Assembly: GCA_021816845.1 (NCBI GenBank) | Contig: JAKAWT010000002.1 | Location: 99,017 to 139,723, forward strand | Reading direction: 5' to 3' | Source of the DNA: a bacterium | Lineage (GTDB): Bacteria > Patescibacteriota > Dojkabacteria > JAKAPS01 > JAJZLI01 | DNA: 40,707 bases | Part shown: positions 30,653-37,574 of the stretch, piece by piece | Position numbering within the stretch: the first letter of the stretch is position 1 | Layout of the letters: every line of letters begins with the position of its first letter | The notes under the pieces: generated by a model | The model's input: the letters and a program-made list of their open reading frames with translations, nothing else | Databases searched by the model: none | What the model was told of the DNA's origin: nothing | Position numbers and translations under genes: made by a program

Positions 30653-32124
30653 ATACTTTCTGTGGGTCCAGACCCTGAAGATCTAGACCCTGTGGAACCA
30701 GCTCCTGTGGAGCTAGATCTAAATCTTAAATTATCTTTTATGAATTCTATACTTATTCCTTTTATTAAGATAAGTATAATAAAGTATACAATAATTCCTA
30801 TTACCAATAAAGCTAATACATTCAAGGATGATAGAAATATAAAAACTAAAGATGATAAACCTGCTGCGATTAATGGACGTATGATATATTTTAATATACG
30901 TATCTCAAAATCTCTTTTGAATAATATATACGCATATGTCCCTATGAACAATTCTGTAAACACTGCTGCTGCTGCTGCACCATCTGCTGCAAATTTTGGT
31001 ATTAAAAGGAAGTTCAATACTACATTTATTATCATTGATAAAAATAAACCCTTAAGTAATGTTTTTTGTTTATCCACAGCCCCAAAGGCATTACCTATAA
31101 GTGCATTTATAAATATTAACCCAGTAGATATTGATAAAAATTGAAGTGGTAAGACTGAATTTAGATATTTATGTCCAAATACAAGTAGTATAAGTCCACG
31201 AGATAAAAACATCATCTCAAGAACAAATATAAATGAAAGTATGACCATCAATTTTATAGCGTTATTTAAAAGCTCTAAAAATGCTTTTTTATCAGTCTTG
31301 AACAATGCAGAGAATGATGGAAATAATACCCCTATTAGTATTCCTATTATAGATATGATGACTCCTGTAGTGGAACGTGCTATACCATAATATCCAACCT
31401 GTATTATTGGTTTAATACTTCCTAAAATAACCTGATCTATAGAAAAATATATAGTTACGACAATTGATGATACTCCGTATGGCCATATCTCTAGTAACAT
31501 ATATTTCCAAAAAGCTGTATCAATATGTAATCTAAATTTGGAGAATTTTTGTCTTATTATTTTTATTGCAAGAGCGAATCCTATTAGTGAAGTTATAGCG
31601 AATATTACTGTATAAAGAAGAAGGCTATTATAATAAAATAGTGCTATAAAACCAAATATTAAAAGTAGAGATTTCTCAAATATTATTGTATATGCTTCAT
31701 ATATCATTTGATTATGAGATCTAAAAATTCCTCTGACCAAATAATTAAACCCAGAGATAATATTATATAGACCTAAAAATAACATTATTAACTCTATATT
31801 ATGATATTGTCTTACAAAAAAGGATGTTATAATTATGAGTGAAAGTATTATCACACCTATGATTATTTTCAAGAAAACAAGATTATCTAAATATTTTTTT
31901 GTTAGATTTAAATCCCTTGCCACATCTCTTATTAAAACTGTAGACATACCAAAATCTACAAAAATACCGAATATTGCAATTATTGATGTGGCATAGTTAT
32001 ATATACCGTTATATGTAGGTCCAAGATGTCTTGCTAGTACTATATTAAGTATTAAACTTGCAAAAATAGTAAGGCCTTGGGCTGTTAGAAGCCAAAATGT
32101 ATTTTTTCTAAGATTTTGTATCAT
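30649..32124 (-). CDS. Wzx-like MOP-superfamily polysaccharide/oligosaccharide flippase
   Basis: 491 aa with about 12-14 TM helices. The N-terminal NTFWLLTAQGLTIFASLILNIVLARHLGP is typical of polysaccharide-biosynthesis (Wzx) proteins. It has a Ser/Gly/Thr/Arg-rich C-terminal tail. Confidence 0.8.
   Translation of the reverse strand: MIQNLRKNTFWLLTAQGLTIFASLILNIVLARHLGPTYNGIYNYATSIIAIFGIFVDFGMSTVLIRDVARDLNLTKKYLDNLVFLKIIIGVIILSLIIITSFFVRQYHNIELIMLFLGLYNIISGFNYLVRGIFRSHNQMIYEAYTIIFEKSLLLIFGFIALFYYNSLLLYTVIFAITSLIGFALAIKIIRQKFSKFRLHIDTAFWKYMLLEIWPYGVSSIVVTIYFSIDQVILGSIKPIIQVGYYGIARSTTGVIISIIGILIGVLFPSFSALFKTDKKAFLELLNNAIKLMVILSFIFVLEMMFLSRGLILLVFGHKYLNSVLPLQFLSISTGLIFINALIGNAFGAVDKQKTLLKGLFLSMIINVVLNFLLIPKFAADGAAAAAVFTELFIGTYAYILFKRDFEIRILKYIIRPLIAAGLSSLVFIFLSSLNVLALLVIGIIVYFIILILIKGISIEFIKDNLRFRSSSTGAGSTGSRSSGSGPTESI
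30661..30720. repeat. Degenerate 15-bp tandem repeat x4 (TGTGGAnCnAGAnCC) encoding the flippase C-terminal tail
   Basis: The units are tgtgggtccagaccc, tgaagatctagaccc, tgtggaaccagctcc and tgtggagctagatct. On the minus strand they encode S-T-G-x-x-type pentapeptides. Confidence 0.7.
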
Positions 32125-33685
32125 TGAATCTTGATTCCTTGGATCTGGATCTGTCAGATCTAGGCATATTAAGGATATGGTAAGATATTAAGTAAATCAA
32201 CATCACTACCAACCATATTTGAAGTATATACAGTGTGGAGAATGTCATATATTGTAAAAGAATGCCTACAAAAGCTGCAATAGAGGATATTAAAGTGATT
32301 CTTAAAAATTTACTATCTGTGCTTTCATTTCTATTTTTCATTATTGATGCTTTCGTACCTTTATATAGAACAAGGCCTATTAAAGATATGAATGCTATAA
32401 ATCCCAAAATTCCTGTTTCTGTAAGGATCTCCAAGTATTCATTATTTACTATTGCCCATCCATATCCTTCAAATTGTTTATATAAAGGAGGAGGTGTTAC
32501 ATACGGATTTATTGACATATATGGGCCAAAACCTCCTACTCCAATACCCAGTATTGGATGAGTTAAAAACGCCTGTGTTGCATTATTATCTAGAAATACT
32601 CTATCTGGGGATGATAGATTTTCAGCTCTTTGTGCTAATTTCGCTGCAAAGTGAGGTAATTTATGAACAGATTGTAGTAGAAAGAAAGTTGATACAAAAA
32701 TCACAAAAATAACTATTATGGTGAGTATAATTTTCTTATTAATGTTATAGATATATGCTAGAAATCCTAAAAGTATCACTATCGCAAGAATCTCACCAAT
32801 CCAAGCTCCTCTTGCATATGTAAGTATCAAATTAATACCTCCTAAAAGAAAAGCTAGTATAGATAAAATAAATAGATGCTTTGATATAATCTTATCTTTT
32901 AAATTTTTAATATTTTTGTCTTTTAAACTATATTCCTTTATATGTGTAATTATATACCCTAGAGCTAGTGTAATTGAGAAAATCAAATAGGTTCCATAAT
33001 ATAATGGTTCAACTTCAGTAGCCTGTATTCTTGGATATCCTAAAACATCTTTTACATATGGAGCTGATAATCCCACTACAGACCCTGGTAAATTAAATAC
33101 TAAATTACCAAAATATTGGAATAGTCCAAAGATTGATAATAGTATTGTTACCAAAAATACTATATAAGGGATATATTTTACATATTTAATATTAAAAAAA
33201 TTGAATGGAACAAGAAAATATACTATATATGTGATGAATGTGAATAATAGGATTTCAATCTCCCTTGATATATTTACTGCGTTTACTAAAGATAATATAT
33301 TTACTGCAAGTAATATTAATATAACCATAAACACTGGATCTTTTTTAATTCTAAATTGCTTTAGAATTAGTGCAGAAATTAGAAACACAAAAACGGCTAT
33401 ACCTATTATCAACTGGTCAAAACGTATATGTATAGAATGATAATAGAATCCACCTATTCTCTCAAAAGGCATAAGAGCAAAGGCCATTAATATACCTAAA
33501 TTTGGATTTTGTAATGTGGCTGATACAGCTGAGAAGAAAAAGAATATTAAGACAAATATAAATGGTAATACCATAATTGGTAATACAAATATTTTATATG
33601 ATAATACCAAAGTTATGATATCTATTATTAAAAATATAGACAAAATTTTATAACTTGGATATATGTACCTTATTAAACTCTTCAT
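32108..33685 (-). CDS. O-antigen-ligase/polymerase-like (Wzy_C-type) membrane protein
   Basis: 525 aa, polytopic. It has the loop motif LTYARGAWIGE typical of the O-antigen ligase family and a charged RS-rich tail. It overlaps the flippase gene by 17 nt. Confidence 0.7.
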   Translation of the reverse strand: MKSLIRYIYPSYKILSIFLIIDIITLVLSYKIFVLPIMVLPFIFVLIFFFFSAVSATLQNPNLGILMAFALMPFERIGGFYYHSIHIRFDQLIIGIAVFVFLISALILKQFRIKKDPVFMVILILLAVNILSLVNAVNISREIEILLFTFITYIVYFLVPFNFFNIKYVKYIPYIVFLVTILLSIFGLFQYFGNLVFNLPGSVVGLSAPYVKDVLGYPRIQATEVEPLYYGTYLIFSITLALGYIITHIKEYSLKDKNIKNLKDKIISKHLFILSILAFLLGGINLILTYARGAWIGEILAIVILLGFLAYIYNINKKIILTIIVIFVIFVSTFFLLQSVHKLPHFAAKLAQRAENLSSPDRVFLDNNATQAFLTHPILGIGVGGFGPYMSINPYVTPPPLYKQFEGYGWAIVNNEYLEILTETGILGFIAFISLIGLVLYKGTKASIMKNRNESTDSKFLRITLISSIAAFVGILLQYMTFSTLYILQIWLVVMLIYLISYHILNMPRSDRSRSKESRFNDTKS

Positions 33686-34209
33686 TTTATGACACTAAAT
33701 TTTTTAAATTCATTTTGATATTTAAGGTATTCTACTCTAAAATCATGAATAATCGTTTTATTAGTCCCATGTTCCATCCATTGGGTAAGTTTCTCAATTG
33801 CGTTATATGTACCCTCTAATTTAGCATCAATTGTACCATCATCATTGTTTTTTATCCAACCAGTAACACCTAATTCATCAGCAAATCTTTTTGTGGATGT
33901 ATCATATGAAACATTTTGTATGATACCAGATATAAATACGTATACTTTTAATTTCACATCTTTAATACTATCAACTATATATAAATTTTTGATCTTACCT
34001 TCATAAGGGAATTCTTTTATAACTATATTAGGGTTTCTTTTCAAGAATGTTTTTTTTTGTAATATTTTAAATAAATTATATATATCTGTTTTATTCCCCT
34101 CCAATATACAAAAATCTCTGGAAGATTTTATGTAGCCATATACGTTTTTATTTTTTAAAATATGAGCAATATTTAAATTTCCAGAAATTTCAACTTTTAT
34201 ATTTTTCAT
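33682..34209 (-). CDS. Acylphosphatase-like protein with a degenerate active site
   Basis: 175 aa. The C-terminal half VYVFISGIIQNVSYDTSTKRFADELGVTGWIKNNDDGTIDAKLEG aligns to the acylphosphatase pattern V.G.VQGV.FR....A..LG..GWV.N..DG.V. The N-terminal half looks like a second, weaker copy. Confidence 0.6.
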   Translation of the reverse strand: MKNIKVEISGNLNIAHILKNKNVYGYIKSSRDFCILEGNKTDIYNLFKILQKKTFLKRNPNIVIKEFPYEGKIKNLYIVDSIKDVKLKVYVFISGIIQNVSYDTSTKRFADELGVTGWIKNNDDGTIDAKLEGTYNAIEKLTQWMEHGTNKTIIHDFRVEYLKYQNEFKKFSVIK

Positions 34210-34255
34210 AACATAACAATAAAGTGAATGGCAGGAATTATTCTACTTATTAGAG

Positions 34256-34405
34256 TTATTTAAAACAGTCACAAGATCTAGATCCACAGAATCTAGATTC
34301 ACAGGATCCAGATATAGACTCTTTCACACATTCTGTATTATTGCAATTTTTATTTTTTTGTTCAGAACTCTGGCAACTGCATCCGTCACAATTACATTTA
34401 TCCAT
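34256..34405 (-). CDS. Cys-rich small protein, metallothionein-like (49 aa; not in the supplied ORF track)
   Basis: My translation is MDKCNCDGCSCQSSEQKNKNCNNTECVKESISGSCESRFCGSRSCDCFK, with 10 Cys in 49 residues. It has an N-terminal CxCxxCxC and a C-terminal CxC. It is an open frame with ATG start and TAA stop inside an otherwise empty 280-nt gap. No SD site is present. Confidence 0.45.
   Translation of the reverse strand: MDKCNCDGCSCQSSEQKNKNCNNTECVKESISGSCESRFCGSRSCDCFK
34271..34315. repeat. Degenerate 15-bp tandem repeat x3 (ACAGRATCTAGATYC) inside the Cys-rich ORF
   Basis: The units are acaagatctagatcc, acagaatctagattc and acaggatccagatat. On the minus strand they encode C-x-S-R-x pentads. 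Confidence 0.7.
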
Positions 34406-34489
34406 AATTTCATAAATAATTAAATAATTCTATCTATAATCTTGATTGTATATGAAAATACATGATATTTCTAGTTTGTATATAGGGGC

Positions 34490-35044
34490 TTAGTAATCAA
34501 TACCTTTTTTTGCAAGTTTTCCAGAGCTGAATGCGTGCTTTATTTCTTTCATCTCAGTTACAGTATCAGCAAGTGCTATAATTTTAGAATCTGCATAATT
34601 TCCTGTTAAGATAAGATCTAAATTCTTGTTTTTAATTTTTATTATATCAATAACATCCTTTACTCTAATGAGTTTTCCTTTTACAGCATAATTTATCTCA
34701 TCAAGTACAACAATGTCATTTTTATTATTTGTAACCTCTATTTTGGCTCTTTCTACAGCCTTCTTTGCTGCATTCTTATGGTCTTCAAAAGGTAGTTTAT
34801 CATCTATAATACCTACAAACCCTTTGCCTAGAGATAAAAGTTCAAAATTGGGTGCTAATCTTTCAAAACTTTCTTTCTCTCCATAAAACCAAGATCCTTT
34901 TATAAACTGAATCATCACTCCATGCAAGTTATATCCACAGGCACGTAGAAGTATACCTAAAGCAGCTGTTGTTTTACCCTTTCCTCCCCCAGTATTTACC
35001 ACTATTAAACCGTCCTCCTTATTTAGATTAAGATTTCTAGTCAT
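34490..35044 (-). CDS. cobA: ATP:cob(I)alamin adenosyltransferase, CobA/CobO/BtuR type
   Basis: It shows VNTGGGKGKTTAALG, IQFIKGSW.YGE, VVLDEINYA, LILTG, ADTVTEMKEIKHAF and KGIDY, the CobA-family blocks. I prefer the ATG at 35044 (ATGA overlap with the nrdJ stop). The track ATG at 35116 would overlap nrdJ by 76 nt. Confidence 0.85.
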   Translation of the reverse strand: MTRNLNLNKEDGLIVVNTGGGKGKTTAALGILLRACGYNLHGVMIQFIKGSWFYGEKESFERLAPNFELLSLGKGFVGIIDDKLPFEDHKNAAKKAVERAKIEVTNNKNDIVVLDEINYAVKGKLIRVKDVIDIIKIKNKNLDLILTGNYADSKIIALADTVTEMKEIKHAFSSGKLAKKGIDY

Positions 35045-37242
35045 ACTGAACAGTATGAATAACCACAATATGCACAAGTTGCACAACCCTCTTTCATCTC
35101 CATTTGAGCCCCGCATTCAGGACAGTCTATTTTGGTTATCTTTTTTTTAGTTTCTTGTTTTTTTTCTATGAGGTTTAATACTTGAACCTCTCTTGATCCA
35201 TCTCTATATACAGTGCAACCTTTACATTTTAATTCCCAAGCAAGGAGATATCCATCTATGACATCTTGTTGTGTTGCATGATTTGGGAAATTTATAGTTT
35301 TTGATATAGCATTATCAGTATGTTTTTGGAAAGCTGCTTGCATTCTTATATGATCTTCTGCTGATATATCCATTGCTACAACAAATACATCCTTAATATC
35401 CTGAGGTATTTCCTTAATATTCTGTATAGACCCAGTTTCTGATATTTTTTCTATAAGTTCTTCAGAGTATAAACCTCTTTCTTTAAGGACATTTTCAAGG
35501 TGTTTGTTGGTGTAGTAGAGGTTTTGTCCTCCCATCACTTGTTTGTAGTAGGATAATGCAAAGTATGGTTCGACTCCAGATGATACATCAAACATCATCG
35601 AAATTGATCCTGTTGGAGCTACAGTTGTTAGAGCTGCATTTCTCATTTTTACTCCACTTCCTTTGTAGATTGAAAGATCATAATTCTCAAAAATGCCCTT
35701 TTCTTTCGCAAGTTCCTGCGACATCTTGTGAGCTTCTGTATTTATTATCTTCATTACTTCTTCTGCAGTATCAATACCTTTTTTAGAGTTATATCTTACT
35801 CCCATAAGATATAACATGTCTGCAAACCCCATTATTCCTAATCCTAATCTCCTATTCTTCCTAAATACATTATTCACTCTATCTACATGGAAATCTGAAA
35901 TATCTATTACATTATCAAGTAGTCTTACAGCACTTCTTGTAACTGCTTTTAATTTTTTCACATCAATTGTTCTATCCTTAGTAACGAATTTCTCAAGGTT
36001 AATTGATCCTAGATTACAAACATCACCGTCGTGTAGGAATTGTTCCCCACAAGGATTACAAGCTTCTATTCTTCCTAGTTTAGGTACAGGGTTTGTTTTA
36101 TTTACCTCATCAAGAAATACAACACCAGGTTCACCGTTATTCCATGCTGCAGATACTATTTCTTGGAATAATTCTCTTGCTGTCATAGTGGTTTCTTTAA
36201 CATCAGTTATTATATGACTATTATCTCTTGTAATAGTTCTTGGTTTCATTTTTACACCAGCAAATTGGCACATCCATGGTTTTTTAGAATTACTTTTTAC
36301 TTCTTTCATGAATTCATCTGTTATCCCAACAGATATATTAAAATTTCTTATTTCCCCCTCAATTGCTTTACAATGTATAAAATCTAAAATATCTGGGTGG
36401 TCAACTGACATTACTGCCATATTTGCTCCATGCCTACCTTGTTGTTTAATAATACCAAAGGCTTCATTATATACTCTTAGAAAACTTACTGGTCCTGAAG
36501 AAACTCCTTTTGTTCTTATAGTTCTTGATCCAGCAGGACGCAATAAATGGAAAGGGAATCCTAGTCCTGACCCTAATTGCTGTAGCAACGCTGCATCTTT
36601 CAGAGTTTGAAAAATACCTTCCATACTATCTTGTGGATGCAATACTATACAGTTTGCTACAAGGGCAGTATCAGAACCAGCATTTGTAACAGTTCTACCA
36701 GCAGGTGTAAATTCAAAATTACTCATTATAGAATAAAAATCTTGTTTTATGGCTTCTATTTCTTTCTTACTCTTTTTATATTTTTTCTCAACATTTGCTA
36801 GTGCATCTGCAACTCTAAGAAACATATCTTCTGGTGTTTCAGTTATCTTTCCAGTTTTTGCATCTCTTTTTAGATATCTTCCTGCAATAACTCTCAGAGA
36901 ATTTTCTGATAGGGGTAAATTTGTTGTAAAACCCTCCATTATCTCTTTTTGTCTTTCTCTTGCTTTGTTATGTTCTTCTCTGTACAGAATATATGCTTTT
37001 GCAGCTTTTGCGTGATTTTTTGCTATAAGAGCTATTTCTACTATATCCTGTATATCTTCTACTGAAGGGGTCTTTGACTTATATTTTTCTCCCAAAATTT
37101 GGATTACGATGGAACTAACTTCTCTAGCTTCTTCTCTACCAAAATCTCCTGTTGCCTCCCCTGCTTTAAATACAGCATTTACAATTTTTTTCTCATCAAA
37201 GTCTACTATAGAGCCGTTACGTTTCTTGATTTTTGTAACCAT
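35041..37242 (-). CDS. nrdJ: Class II (adenosylcobalamin-dependent) ribonucleotide reductase
   Basis: 733 aa. It has an N-terminal ATP-cone (KIKKRNGSIVDFDEKKIVNAV) and the active-site blocks EACNPCGEQFL and VCNLGSINL. The C-terminal Cys-rich zinc-ribbon tail is CPECGAQMEMKEGCATCAYCGYSYC. Confidence 0.93.
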   Translation of the reverse strand: MVTKIKKRNGSIVDFDEKKIVNAVFKAGEATGDFGREEAREVSSIVIQILGEKYKSKTPSVEDIQDIVEIALIAKNHAKAAKAYILYREEHNKARERQKEIMEGFTTNLPLSENSLRVIAGRYLKRDAKTGKITETPEDMFLRVADALANVEKKYKKSKKEIEAIKQDFYSIMSNFEFTPAGRTVTNAGSDTALVANCIVLHPQDSMEGIFQTLKDAALLQQLGSGLGFPFHLLRPAGSRTIRTKGVSSGPVSFLRVYNEAFGIIKQQGRHGANMAVMSVDHPDILDFIHCKAIEGEIRNFNISVGITDEFMKEVKSNSKKPWMCQFAGVKMKPRTITRDNSHIITDVKETTMTARELFQEIVSAAWNNGEPGVVFLDEVNKTNPVPKLGRIEACNPCGEQFLHDGDVCNLGSINLEKFVTKDRTIDVKKLKAVTRSAVRLLDNVIDISDFHVDRVNNVFRKNRRLGLGIMGFADMLYLMGVRYNSKKGIDTAEEVMKIINTEAHKMSQELAKEKGIFENYDLSIYKGSGVKMRNAALTTVAPTGSISMMFDVSSGVEPYFALSYYKQVMGGQNLYYTNKHLENVLKERGLYSEELIEKISETGSIQNIKEIPQDIKDVFVVAMDISAEDHIRMQAAFQKHTDNAISKTINFPNHATQQDVIDGYLLAWELKCKGCTVYRDGSREVQVLNLIEKKQETKKKITKIDCPECGAQMEMKEGCATCAYCGYSYCSV

Positions 37243-37280
37243 AATGAGTTGGGACTAAAATTAAATTTTTATATACATCG

Positions 37281-37309
37281 AGTGTAAAATGTGAGCTTGT
37301 AAATGTCAA
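37281..37309 (-). promoter_or_regulatory. Candidate sigma70-type promoter for nrdJ-cobA
   Basis: The minus strand reads TTGACA, a 17-nt spacer, then TACACT. The -10 element ends 38 nt upstream of the nrdJ ATG. AT-rich DNA yields many chance matches. Confidence 0.3.
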
Positions 37310-37328
37310 TAAAATGTAAATTATAGTG

Positions 37329-37562
37329 CTACAACAACGGATCATCCCCACCTTTGGATAGTGGGTTGCAGCGTAATATTCTGTACATTCCTTTTACTCC
37401 TCCCCTTAATACTCCATATTTTTCTATAGCCTCATATGTGTATTCTGAACATGACGGGTTATATCTACAATATCCCTGAGGATACTTCTTAGAAAATATT
37501 CCATGATCTGGAGATAATGTTTTCTGATACAGTCTTATTAATTTTAGTGCATATTTTTTCAT
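37329..37562 (-). CDS. yidD: Membrane protein insertion efficiency factor YidD
   Basis: 77 aa. LIRLYQKTLSP...CRYNPSCSEYTYEAIEKYGVLRGGVKGMYRILRCNP matches the YidD family. Confidence 0.9.
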   Translation of the reverse strand: MKKYALKLIRLYQKTLSPDHGIFSKKYPQGYCRYNPSCSEYTYEAIEKYGVLRGGVKGMYRILRCNPLSKGGDDPLL

Positions 37563-37574
37563 CTTTTAAAAATT

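Noticed and set aside
34256-34405. Cys-rich ORF considered as a SCIFF-type or other radical-SAM-modified RiPP precursor.
   Set aside because: No radical-SAM maturase, peptidase or exporter gene is adjacent, and the Cys spacing fits metallothionein-like CxC/CxxC clusters better. The RiPP idea is kept only as a remote alternative.
35045-35116. Longer cobA ORF starting at ATG 35116 (MRGSNGDERGLCNLCILWLFILFS...).
   Set aside because: It would overlap the nrdJ zinc-ribbon coding region by 76 nt. The ATG at 35044 forms a 4-nt ATGA junction like six others in the window. The longer start is not excluded, only less parsimonious.
37243-37328. Cobalamin riboswitch or NrdR box upstream of nrdJ.
   Set aside because: The gap is only 86 nt, too short for a B12 riboswitch aptamer. 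I could not find the paired 16-bp palindromic NrdR boxes. Only a promoter-like TTGACA-17-TACACT is present.
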